Made by a program: the position numbers and the translations under genes
Shown: piece after piece, positions 17,365-26,896 of the stretch
Layout of the letters: the number at the start of each line of letters is the position of its first letter
Position numbering within the stretch: the first letter of the stretch is position 1
The notes under the pieces: generated by a model
Databases searched by the model: none
What the model saw: the letters and a program-made list of their open reading frames with translations, nothing else
What the model was told of the DNA's origin: nothing
IMG/VR virus record: IMGVR_UViG_2529293039_000013
Strand: one strand, 5' to 3'
Length of the DNA stretch: 50,040 bases
DNA from: a virus
Lineage: Duplodnaviria; Heunggongvirae; Uroviricota; Caudoviricetes

Positions 17365-19218
17365 ATGTCGATTAAACATTATGATGTTGTCAGGGCGGCG
17401 TCGCCGTCAGACCTTGCGGAAAAGCTGACACACAAACTGAAAGAGGGCTGGCAGCCGTTTGGTAGTCCGGTGGCCATAACCCCTTATACCCTGATGCAGG
17501 CGATTACAGCAGAAGGTGATGTGGTGGTCAGTGGTGCAACTGAGCCGGATTGGTACTACGTCATCGTACTGGCCGGGCAGTCCAATGCCATGGCTTACGG
17601 TGAAGGGCTTCCGCTGCCGGATTCATACGATGCTCCGGATCCGCGCATTAAACAGCTGGCGCGCCGCAGTACAGTTACGCCGGGTGGGGCTGCATGCAGA
17701 TATAACGATATTATTCCGGCCGACCACTGCCTGCATGATGTGCAGGATATGAGTACGCTGAATCATCCGAAGGCAGACCTGAGCAAAGGGCAGTACGGCT
17801 GTGTCGGCCAGGGCTTACATATTGCCAAAAAACTGCTCCCGTATATCCCGAATAACGCGGGGATCCTGCTGGTACCATGCTGTCGTGGTGGTTCGGCATT
17901 CACCCAGGGCGCGGAGGGGACATTCAGTGCGGACACGGGGGCCAGCCAGGATTCGGCACGCTGGGGTGTGGGTAAACCGTTATATCAGGACCTGATTGCG
18001 CGCACTAAAGCTGCATTACAGAAGAACCCGAAAAATGTGTTGCTGGCGGTGTGCTGGATGCAGGGAGAGTTTGACATGAGCGCCGCCACCCACGCACAGC
18101 AACCTGCGCTGTTTACAGCCATGCTGACACAGTTTCGTGCTGACCTCTCCGTGTTTAACGCGCAGTGCCATGGTGGCAGTGCTGCAGATGTGCCGTGGAT
18201 TTGTGGTGACACGACGTATTACTGGAAAAATACATACGCTACCCAGTACGACACCGTGTACGGCGGGTATAAAAACAGGGAGAGTGAGGGCGTTTATTTT
18301 GTGCCCTTCATGACAGACGGTAACGGCGTCAATACCGCCACTAACGCACCGGCAGAAGATCCGGATATTCCGGCATCAGGATATTACGGTGCGGCATCGA
18401 GAACGAATGGAAACCAGGTATCATCAAACCGCCCGACACATTTCAGTTCATGGGCGCGCAGGAGCATTATTCCGGATCGTATGGCAACCGCTATTCTGAA
18501 CGCAGCCGGGCGCACCTCAGCTTTCATCAGTGGTAAGGCACCGGAAATCAAACCCTCGCCCGGCGGCAACACGCCATCGGGGCCGTCTGAAGATGCATCC
18601 GTACGCACAATCTCCCTGTTGCCGACAGCCGGAGAGGCTGCTGCGCAGGGCTGGACCATTAAGGACGGCGGAATTCAGTTGTCGGGTGGTGTATTTAAGA
18701 TCGCCAAGCAGAGCAATAAAACCTGGTCCCTGATGCATCCGGTGGATGACGCAGTCTCCCTGCTGACACGGGGTGGCAGACTGAGCTGTAAGTTTCGACT
18801 GTCAGGCGCACTGACCAACAACCAGTTCGGCCTGGGAATTTATCTGTATACCGATGTAGCGTTACCTGACGTCGTGGCGATGACCGGGACTGGTAACCCG
18901 TTCCTGATGTCGTTCTTCACCCAGACCACAGACGGCAAACTGAATCTGATGCATCACAAGAAAGCAGGAAACACAAAGTTGGGCGAGTTCGGGAATTACA
19001 GTAATGACTGGCAGACGCTGGAACTGGTGTTCACCGCCGGCAGTGCCACGGTTACTCCGAAACTGAATGGAGTGGCTGGCCCGGCATTCCAGGTCATAAA
19101 AGACAGTCTGACACTGGGGCTGAATGCGCTGACGCTGACGGATATTACCAAAAATGCAGCGTATGGCGTTGAGATAGAAAGTCTGGTGCTGGAGATAAAT
19201 GCACCGGCATCATCATAA
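17365..19218 (+). CDS. prophage sialate O-acetylesterase (NanS-p-like; DUF1737 N-terminus plus SASA domain)
   Basis: GQSN esterase motif (VLAGQSNAMAYGEG); 617 aa; position between Q/tRNAs and lysis genes. Confidence 0.8.
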   Translation: MSIKHYDVVRAASPSDLAEKLTHKLKEGWQPFGSPVAITPYTLMQAITAEGDVVVSGATEPDWYYVIVLAGQSNAMAYGEGLPLPDSYDAPDPRIKQLARRSTVTPGGAACRYNDIIPADHCLHDVQDMSTLNHPKADLSKGQYGCVGQGLHIAKKLLPYIPNNAGILLVPCCRGGSAFTQGAEGTFSADTGASQDSARWGVGKPLYQDLIARTKAALQKNPKNVLLAVCWMQGEFDMSAATHAQQPALFTAMLTQFRADLSVFNAQCHGGSAADVPWICGDTTYYWKNTYATQYDTVYGGYKNRESEGVYFVPFMTDGNGVNTATNAPAEDPDIPASGYYGAASRTNGNQVSSNRPTHFSSWARRSIIPDRMATAILNAAGRTSAFISGKAPEIKPSPGGNTPSGPSEDASVRTISLLPTAGEAAAQGWTIKDGGIQLSGGVFKIAKQSNKTWSLMHPVDDAVSLLTRGGRLSCKFRLSGALTNNQFGLGIYLYTDVALPDVVAMTGTGNPFLMSFFTQTTDGKLNLMHHKKAGNTKLGEFGNYSNDWQTLELVFTAGSATVTPKLNGVAGPAFQVIKDSLTLGLNALTLTDITKNAAYGVEIESLVLEINAPASS

Positions 19219-19368
19219 AAAGTGAGCCAGCCAAATGGAAGGTATCGTTAAACTCACCGGTAGTGTCAGTGGGTCGTCTGAGATGCCTGCATGAGTTATC
19301 AGAGCCATCAGTACTTAACTGGTGGCTTTTTTTATTGCTGTCAGCTTCCGGATAACGGGAGACGGGGT

Positions 19369-19584
19369 ATGTACCAGATGGAAAAAATCACAACAGGTGT
19401 GTCATACACCACGTCAGCGGTGGGAACGGGCTACTGGTTCCTGCAGTTGCTGGACAGGGTTTCCCCGTCTCAGTGGGCGGCAATAGGCGTGCTGGGGAGT
19501 CTGCTGTTTGGGCTGCTGACATATCTGACTAACCTGTATTTCAAAATCAGAGAGGACCGTCGTAAGGCGGCGCGGGGGGAGTAA
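19369..19584 (+). CDS. class II pinholin (S21-like) with dual-start motif
   Basis: 71 aa [15 protein letters not shown]...[13 protein letters not shown] matching phage 21 S from memory; Met1 and Met4 starts. Confidence 0.8.
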   Translation: MYQMEKITTGVSYTTSAVGTGYWFLQLLDRVSPSQWAAIGVLGSLLFGLLTYLTNLYFKIREDRRKAARGE

Positions 19585-19588
19585 AGCG

Positions 19589-19933
19589 ATGAAGAAAAAA
19601 TACGAACTGGGTGTTAAAGGGATAAATAATTACCCGGATAAGATTACTGTTACTGTGGCACTGGAAATTGGTGGGTATCCGTCACTGTTGTTGCCAGATG
19701 TGGCGATTAGTCTTGACCGTACTGAAGGTGCCACGCTGGAGTTTTACGAAGCTGAGGCGAAAAAGCAGGCGAAGCAGTTTTTCATGGATGTTGCTGCCGG
19801 GTTATGTGAAGGGGATGGTCCGTTGCCGGAAAAGCGGCCCATCATTTTAGAGGCGCAGGATGTGTTGATAACCTACAGAGGAAAACTACCGGGAATAATT
19901 ACTGGTTCTCTGAAGACTCCACCGCTGGCCTGA
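19589..19933 (+). CDS. hypothetical protein inserted between holin and endolysin
   Basis: strong GGGGGGAG RBS; 114 aa; no family recognised. Confidence 0.5.
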   Translation: MKKKYELGVKGINNYPDKITVTVALEIGGYPSLLLPDVAISLDRTEGATLEFYEAEAKKQAKQFFMDVAAGLCEGDGPLPEKRPIILEAQDVLITYRGKLPGIITGSLKTPPLA

Positions 19934-19983
19934 AGACTTAATATATCCAGGGATTTGAAATCGATAAACCCTGATAAATATCC

Positions 19984-20517
19984 ATGAACGCAAAAATCAG
20001 ATACGGCCTGTCGGCTGCCGTTCTGGCGCTGATTGGTGCAGGGGCGTCTGCGCCTGAAATCCTCGACCAGTTTCTTGACGAAAAAGAAGGTAACCACACC
20101 ACGGCATACCGTGATGGTGCGGGTATCTGGACCATCTGCCGCGGTGCCATCCTGGTGGATGGTAAACCTGTCGTCCCGGGCATGAAGTTGTCGAAGGAAA
20201 AATGCGACCAGGTTAACGCCATTGAACGTGATAAGGCGCTGGCATGGGTGGAGAAAAACATCAGAGTGCCACTGACCGAACCCCAGAAAGCGGGGATTGC
20301 GTCATTCTGTCCGTACAACATTGGTCCTGGTAAGTGTTTCCCGTCGACGTTTTACAGACGAATTAATGCAGGTGATCGCAGGGGAGCGTGTGAGGCGATT
20401 CGCTGGTGGATTAAGGACGGTGGCAGAGACTGCCGTATTCGTTCAAACAACTGTTACGGTCAGGTATCCCGTCGTGACCAGGAGAGCGCGCTGGCGTGCT
20501 GGGGTATCGACAGATAA
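19984..20517 (+). CDS. SAR endolysin (T4-lysozyme-like glycoside hydrolase with N-terminal signal-anchor-release domain)
   Basis: hydrophobic Gly/Ala-rich N-terminus (LSAAVLALIGAGASA) then lysozyme region; follows pinholin. Confidence 0.85.
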   Translation: MNAKIRYGLSAAVLALIGAGASAPEILDQFLDEKEGNHTTAYRDGAGIWTICRGAILVDGKPVVPGMKLSKEKCDQVNAIERDKALAWVEKNIRVPLTEPQKAGIASFCPYNIGPGKCFPSTFYRRINAGDRRGACEAIRWWIKDGGRDCRIRSNNCYGQVSRRDQESALACWGIDR

Positions 20518-20611
20518 GCAGAATATTTTGCTGAAAAATAAGGCATGGCCACGCGGGCGGATAACACGAAATCCTGCGAACTGGCGAAACGTAAGTGAAT
20601 AAAAGTAAAAA

Positions 20612-20642
20612 CCCCGTTTGTTGGCACCAAGCGGGGTTTTGT
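20612..20642 (+). terminator. hairpin with T-run immediately downstream of endolysin
   Basis: imperfect hairpin ccccg...cgggg followed by T-rich tract. Confidence 0.45.
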
Positions 20643-20673
20643 GTTTCTGACCTTGAGTAAGGCAAGGGAGAAC

Positions 20674-20856
20674 ATGGCGAAGTATAAACGAATTCTGTTG
20701 AGGTTGACTATGAAAAATGGCCTTGAACTGAAAGCGCCTGTAACTGATGACATCAGCAGAGCACTGGCTTTTGCCATTAAGTGGGTGGCGGTCGGTGTTG
20801 CTGTGTCCCCGATGCTGTATGGGCTGGCAAAACTGGTCATTGCGTTGAAATCGTGA
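20674..20856 (+). CDS. hypothetical protein (60 aa) between endolysin and Rz
   Basis: GGGAGA RBS; hydrophobic C-terminal half. Confidence 0.3.
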   Translation: MAKYKRILLRLTMKNGLELKAPVTDDISRALAFAIKWVAVGVAVSPMLYGLAKLVIALKS

Positions 20857-20870
20857 AGGGAGGATTAAGC

Positions 20871-21002
20871 ATGTCAGACAAACTCATAACGCTGGCGAAG
20901 ATCCTCTGTGTAATTGTCGGCATTTCATTTTCACTAATGCTGGTTGCTCTTTTTCTTTCCATGGCCTGGATGATGTTGTCTTCGTCGGGGTTGCTGGGGT
21001 GA
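20871..21002 (+). CDS. small membrane peptide (43 aa) translationally coupled to Rz
   Basis: GGGAGG RBS; single hydrophobic helix; stop overlaps Rz GTG start. Confidence 0.35.
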   Translation: MSDKLITLAKILCVIVGISFSLMLVALFLSMAWMMLSSSGLLG

Positions 21003-21472
21003 ACATAAACCGAATGCTTTCCGCGTTTATCGTTATTCTGCTGGTGGCCTGTGGTGCGCTGTGGATGGCAACAGACCATTACCGTGATAACGCGATTACC
21101 TACAAAGCGCAGCGCGATAACAAAGCCAGTGAACTGAAGCTGGCGAACGCAACCATTACTGATATGCAGGTGCGCCAGCGCGATGTTGCTGCGCTCGATG
21201 CAAAATACTCGAGGGAATTATCCGATGCGAGAGCTGAAAATGAAACTCTGCGCGCTGATGTTGCCGCTGGTCGTAAGCGCCTGCGGATCAACGCCACCTG
21301 TCCAGGCTCCGTGCGTGAAGCCCCCACCACCTCCGGCGTGGATAATGCAACCGGCCCCCAACTGGCAGACACCGTTACACGGGATTATTTCACCCTCAGA
21401 GAGCGGCTGATGACGATGCACAAGCAACTGGAAGGGGCACAGGACTATATCCGCACTCAGTGCCTGAAATAA
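20999..21472 (+). CDS. inner-membrane spanin Rz
   Basis: strong similarity to lambda Rz from memory ([15 protein letters not shown]...[10 protein letters not shown]). Confidence 0.85.
   Translation: MNINRMLSAFIVILLVACGALWMATDHYRDNAITYKAQRDNKASELKLANATITDMQVRQRDVAALDAKYSRELSDARAENETLRADVAAGRKRLRINATCPGSVREAPTTSGVDNATGPQLADTVTRDYFTLRERLMTMHKQLEGAQDYIRTQCLK
21225..21410 (+). CDS. outer-membrane lipoprotein spanin Rz1, embedded in +1 frame of Rz
   Basis: lipobox LPLVVSAC; proline-rich [14 protein letters not shown] as in lambda Rz1. Confidence 0.75.
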   Translation: MRELKMKLCALMLPLVVSACGSTPPVQAPCVKPPPPPAWIMQPAPNWQTPLHGIISPSESG

Positions 21473-21822
21473 GTTTTGTTGATGCGCCGTATCGTCGCTG
21501 TATTCCCTCATTAACAGAGACCGCAGCCCGACAGGGAGACTCCTCTGCGCGAGTGTGCGGGGATAATCAAAAACGATACACACCGGGGTTTACCGCGTTA
21601 ACGGAGCGCGGCGTTGTCCCCTCATAGTCGCCTGTCCGGTGCGATGGTGGAAGAAGCCGGATGTTTATCACTATTAATTGATGACACAGAAATGGATTCA
21701 TTGAATTTCAGCACGTTTTTGTATTCGTGTTATTGAACATCTGTTTATTTTACTTTTAACATATTGATAATAAAAAGAGCTGTAAATCTTTAGATGAGTC
21801 GATTTTGTCCGGGGAAGTTCAA

Positions 21823-21963
21823 ATGGATTTTATGCTGACGGTTTCTGGTGTGGTTATCCTGTCCATTGCTTATACTGCAGATAAATATGGCTGCCATTTG
21901 TTATCACGTATTGGCGCTTATTGTTCGTTGATGCTGATTTTCTCGTCGCTTTTTTTTGAGTAA
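21823..21963 (+). CDS. small hydrophobic ORF (46 aa), doubtful
   Basis: ATG with GGGGAAG upstream in AT-rich intergenic region. Confidence 0.2.
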   Translation: MDFMLTVSGVVILSIAYTADKYGCHLLSRIGAYCSLMLIFSSLFFE

Positions 21964-22095
21964 GTTATATTAATTATAACAAATAATTTTCTGTGTTATT
22001 TTTTCAGGCTATCCCGTCAGAGGGGAAGCCTGTACTGCCGGGGAGCGAATGGAAAACTGATGTGTCCGGTAACTGCGTGTTCTGTGAACACCATG

Positions 22096-22281
22096 TTACT
22101 TAATTATGTAATTCATACCCGAACTCTCTGTTGACAGCCTTCTTCTGCAGGCTTCAATAACCCACGCTGAAAAGTTTCCTGAACCTTTCAGATCAAGAGC
22201 GATGTTAATTTGTTCAATCATCTGGTTTGGAAATCGGATGTTGCGGGTTGTTGTTCTGCGGGTTCTGTTCTTTGATGACAT
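22096..22281 (-). CDS. small DNA-binding-like protein (YlcI/YnfO-like, DUF3950?)
   Basis: 61-aa ORF between lysis genes and terminase, the position YlcI occupies in DLP12; sequence not verified. Confidence 0.4.
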   Translation of the reverse strand: MSSKNRTRRTTTRNIRFPNQMIEQINIALDLKGSGNFSAWVIEACRRRLSTESSGMNYIIK

Positions 22282-22487
22282 AATGTTTCCCCATATTCAG
22301 TGTTGCTGATTTGTATTATCTGAAGTTGCTTTTACGTTAATTTGACGCAGATCAATTAATACGATACCTGCGTCATAATTGATTATTTCTCGTGGTTTGA
22401 TGGCGTACACACATGTTGTGATAAACCTTATATAGATGATAATCATTATCATTTCGTGGGTCCTTTCCGGCGATCCGACCGGTTACG

Positions 22488-22499
22488 GGGCGGCGACCT
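22488..22499. other. cos cohesive-end site identical to lambda 12-nt overhang
   Basis: GGGCGGCGACCT followed by cgcgggttttcgctatttatgaaaattt as in lambda cos, about 170 nt upstream of Nu1. Confidence 0.65.
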
Positions 22500-22668
22500 C
22501 GCGGGTTTTCGCTATTTATGAAAATTTTTAGGGAAAAATCAGATCCGTTCTTCTTCTTTTTAACTGTTTGATTATCAATAGAATTTTAAAAATATAAAAG
22601 GATCTGACAAAGGCTGTTTTTGTTAGAAAACGCCATTTTCAGATCCTTTCTGGTTCCCGGGGGAGTGT

Positions 22669-23217
22669 ATGAACGTCAATAAGAAAAAACTGGCCGATAT
22701 TTTTGGCGTTGATGTCAGGACCATCACCGCCTGGCAGAGTCAGGGGTTACCACTAGTTTCTGGTGGAGGGAAAGGGACTGAATCAGTTTTTGATACAACT
22801 GCTGCCATTCAGTGGTATGCGCAGAGGGAAGCTGATATTGAAAACGAAAAACTCCGTAAAGAGAGCGAGGATTTGAGGGCTGCCAGCGAATCAGACCTTC
22901 AGCCCGGCACCATTGATTACGAACGTTACCGACTGACGAAGGCACAGGCCGATGCACAGGAGCTGAAAAATGCTCGTGAGGAAGGCCTTGTCCTCGAGAC
23001 GGAGTTATTTACCTACATCTTTCAGCGAGTGGCACAGAATATATCAGGGATCCTTGTCCGTGTCCCTCAGACACTGCAGCGTAAATACCCTGATATATCA
23101 CCCGCACATCTTGATGCTGTGAAAACTGAAATCGCGAAAGCATCCGATGTGGCTTCTGAAGCCGGTGAGAATGTGCGCAGGTGGATTGATGATTTCAGAC
23201 GAACTGAGGGCGGCTAA
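22669..23217 (+). CDS. terminase small subunit (lambda Nu1-like)
   Basis: N-terminus [28 protein letters not shown] matches lambda Nu1 from memory. Confidence 0.85.
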   Translation: MNVNKKKLADIFGVDVRTITAWQSQGLPLVSGGGKGTESVFDTTAAIQWYAQREADIENEKLRKESEDLRAASESDLQPGTIDYERYRLTKAQADAQELKNAREEGLVLETELFTYIFQRVAQNISGILVRVPQTLQRKYPDISPAHLDAVKTEIAKASDVASEAGENVRRWIDDFRRTEGG

Positions 23218-25116
23218 TTCTGCAGGAGCGATAGCAACCGGCCTCCTTGCGCTAAAAATTCCTGTCCCTCTGACGACAGTTCAGTGGGCAGATCGACATT
23301 ATTACCTTCCGAAAGAGTCATCTTACACCCCGGGGCGGTGGGAAACACTGCCGTTTCAGGTTGCCATCATGAACAGCATGGGGAATGACCGGATCCGCAC
23401 TGTTAATCTGATTAAATCTGCCCGTGTTGGTTATACAAAGATGTTGCTGGGAGTGGAGGCTTATTTTATTGAGCATAAATCACGCAACAGCCTTCTTTTC
23501 CAGCCCACGGATTCTGCTGCTGAAGATTTTATGAAATCTCATGTGGAACCCACGATCAGGGATGTGCCGGTTTTACTCGATCTTGCACCGTGGTTTGGGC
23601 GTAAACATCGTGATAATACCCTCACGCTGAAACGCTTTTCATCGGGCGTCGGTTTCTGGTGCCTGGGCGGCGCTGCCGCCAAAAACTACCGTGAAAAATC
23701 CGTGGACGTGGTCTGCTATGACGAACTTTCCTCGTTCGAGCCGGATGTCGAAAAAGAGGGCTCGCCAACCCTGCTGGGGGATAAGCGTATTGAGGGGTCG
23801 GTGTGGCCAAAATCCATTCGCGGCTCGACGCCTAAAATCAAAGGCACCTGCCAGATCGAAAAAGCGGCCAACGAGTCGGCGCATTTCATGCGTTTTTATG
23901 TGCCCTGCCCGCACTGTGGGGAGGCGCAGTATCTGAAATTTGGCGATGAGTCCACGCCTTTTGGGCTTAAATGGGAGAAGGACAGTCCCGAAAGCGTTTT
24001 CTACCTCTGTGAACATCATGGCTGCGTGATCCATCAGTCTGAGCTTGACCAGAACAACGGGCGGTGGATCTGTGAAAACACGGGCATGTGGACCCGTGAC
24101 GGTCTGACGTTTTTCAGCGCCCGGGGTGATGAAATTCCGCCGCCGCGCTCCATCACGTTCCATATCTGGACGGCGTACAGTCCGTTCACCACCTGGGTAC
24201 AGATTGTCTATGACTGGCTGGATGCACTGAAAGATCCCAACGGCCTGAAAACCTTTGTGAACACCACGCTGGGCGAGACCTGGGAAGAGGCCGTGGGCGA
24301 AAAACTCGATCACCAGGTACTGATGGATAAGGTGGTGCGTTACACGGCGGCGGTGCCTGCCCGGGTGGTTTATCTGACGGCGGGCATTGACTCGCAGCGA
24401 AACCGTTTTGAGATGTATGTCTGGGGATGGGCTCCGGGAGAGGAAGCTTTTCTGGTGGATAAAATCATCATTATGGGGCGTCCTGATGAGGAAGAGACGC
24501 TGTTACGTGTGGATGCGGCGATCACAAAAAATACCGCCATGCGGATGGCACCGAAATGACTATTTCCCGTGTCTGCTGGGACACCGGGGGGATCGATGGT
24601 GAAATTGTTTATCAGAGATCAAAAAAACACGGTGTTTTCCGGGTGCTGCCGGTAAAAGGCGCATCTGTCTATGGCAAGCCGGTGATCACCATGCCAAAAA
24701 CCCGCAATCAGCGGGGCGTGTATCTGTGTGAAGTGGGAACGGACACCGCAAAAGAAATTCTCTATGCCCGTATGAAAGCCGATCCCTCGCCTGCGGATGA
24801 AGCCACGTCGTATGCCATCCGTTTTCCTGATGATCCGGAGATTTTTTCGCAGACAGAGGCGCAGCAACTGGTGGCGGAAGAGCTGGTGGAGAAGTGGGAA
24901 AAAGGAAAGATGCGTCTGCTGTGGGATAACAAAAAGCGGCGTAACGAAGCGCTGGACTGCCTGGTGTATGCCTACGCGGCATTACGTGTGTCCGTGCAAC
25001 GCTGGCAGCTTGATCTGGCTGTACTGGCAAAATCCCGGGAAGAAGAGACGACCCGGCCAACCCTGAAAGAACTGGCAGCGAAGCTGTCCGGAGGAGTGAA
25101 TGGTTACAGTCGCTGA
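23189..25116 (+). pseudogene. terminase large subunit (lambda A-like), interrupted by a frameshift
   Basis: track ORFs 23147-24559 and 24556-25116 are in different frames; both match lambda gpA; junction in an A-run. Confidence 0.8.
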
Positions 25117-25306
25117 ACTGCAGGCGCTGCGTCAGGCGCGCCTTGATTTATTAACCGGTAAACGGGTGGTGTCTGTCCAGAAAGATGGTCGCAGAATTGA
25201 ATATACGGCGGCTTCTCTGGATGAGCTTAACCGGGCGATCAATGATGCGGAGTCGGTACTGGGGACAACCCGGCGTCGCCGTCGTCCGCTGGGAGTGAGG
25301 TTATGA
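25100..25306 (+). CDS. head-tail joining protein W
   Basis: 68 aa; LTGKRVVSVQKDGRRIEYTAAS matches lambda gpW from memory. Confidence 0.8.
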   Translation: MVTVAELQALRQARLDLLTGKRVVSVQKDGRRIEYTAASLDELNRAINDAESVLGTTRRRRRPLGVRL

Positions 25307-26896
25307 AACGAACGCCTGTCCTGATTGATGTGAACGGCGTTCCGCTTCGTGAGAGTCTCAGCTACAACGGGGGCGGTGCAGGATTTGGCGGGCAAATGGC
25401 GGAGTGGTTGCCACCGGCGCAGAGTGCCGATGCGGCCCTGCTGCCCGCGTTGCGTCTGGGGAATGCCCGGGCAGATGATCTGGTGCGCAATAACGGAATA
25501 GCGGCCAATGCGGTGGCCCTGCATAAGGATCACATTGTCGGGCATATGTTTCTTATCAGCTACCGTCCGAACTGGCGCTGGCTGGGGATGCGGGAGACCG
25601 CAGCAAAAAGCTTTGTCGATGAGGTGGAGGCGGCCTGGTCGGAATACGCCGAAGGGATGTCTGGCGAGATCGACGTGGAAGGAAAACGCACGTTCACGGA
25701 ATTTATCCGTGAAGGTGTGGGCGTTCATGCGTTTAACGGCGAAATCTTTGTGCAGCCGGTCTGGGATACGGAAACCACGCAGTTATTCCGTACGCGTTTT
25801 AAAGCCGTGAGTCCGAAACGGGTGGACACGCCAGGACACGGTATGGGGAACCGTTTTCTGCGGGCCGGGGTGGAGGTCGATCGATATGGCCGTGCCGTTG
25901 CGTACCATATCTGTGAGGATGATTTTCCGTTCTCCGGGAGTGGACGATGGGAACGGATCCCGCGTGAACTTCCCACCGGGCGTCCGGCCATGCTGCATAT
26001 TTTCGAGCCGGTAGAGGACGGGCAGACCCGTGGGGCCAACCAGTTTTACAGCGTCATGGAACGGCTGAAGATGCTCGATTCCCTGCAGGCAACACAGCTT
26101 CAGTCGGCCATTGTGAAAGCCATGTATGCAGCGACGATTGAAAGTGACCTTGATACCGAAAAGGCCTTTGAATATATCGCCGGTGCGCCGCAGGGGCAGA
26201 AGGATAATCCGCTTATTAATATTCTGGAGAAGTTCTCCAGCTGGTATGACACGAATAACGTGACGCTGGGTGGTGTCAAAATTCCGCACCTTTTCCCCGG
26301 GGATGATCTGAAACTACAGACTGCGCAGGATTCAGACAATGGATTTTCGGCGCTTGAACAGGCGCTGCTGCGGTATATCGCCGCCGGTTCTTGGCGTTTC
26401 CTACGAACAGTTGTCCCGTGATTACTCGAAGGTCAGTTATTCAAGTGCCAGGGCCTCTGCCAATGAGTCGTGGCGCTATTTTATGGGGCGGCGAAAATTT
26501 ATTGCGGCCCGGCTGGCCACGCAGATGTTTTCCTGCTGGCTGGAAGAGGCACTTCTTCGGGGGATTATCCGTCCGCCACGGGCGCGTTTTGATTTTTATC
26601 AGGCGCGATCAGCCTGGTCACGGGCAGAGTGGATTGGTGCCGGAAGAATGGCCATTGACGGGCTCAAGGAGGTTCAGGAATCGGTGATGCGCATTGAGGC
26701 CGGACTGAGCACGTATGAGAAAGAGCTGGCGCTGATGGGCGAGGATTATCAGGACATTTTCCGCCAGCAGGTCAGGGAATCTGCAGAGCGGCAAAAAGCC
26801 GGACTCTCACGTCCGGTGTGGATAGCGCAGGCGTATCAGCAGCAGATAGCGGAGAGTCGCAGGCCGGAAGAGGAGACAACACCCCGTGAGACGTAA
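25303..26896 (+). pseudogene. portal protein (lambda B-like), interrupted by a frameshift
   Basis: track ORFs 25303-26421 and 26339-26896 in different frames; junction at LLRYIAAG / LGVSYEQLS. Confidence 0.8.

Noticed and set aside
23639-24313. 224-aa minus-strand ORF inside the terminase large subunit gene
   Set aside because: Antisense to a well-conserved terminase region; no RBS; likely chance open frame.
24520-24560. Programmed translational frameshift in the terminase gene
   Set aside because: No such recoding is known for lambda-type terminases, the site lacks a canonical slippery heptamer, and four other structural genes show similar breaks, favouring mutation or sequencing error.
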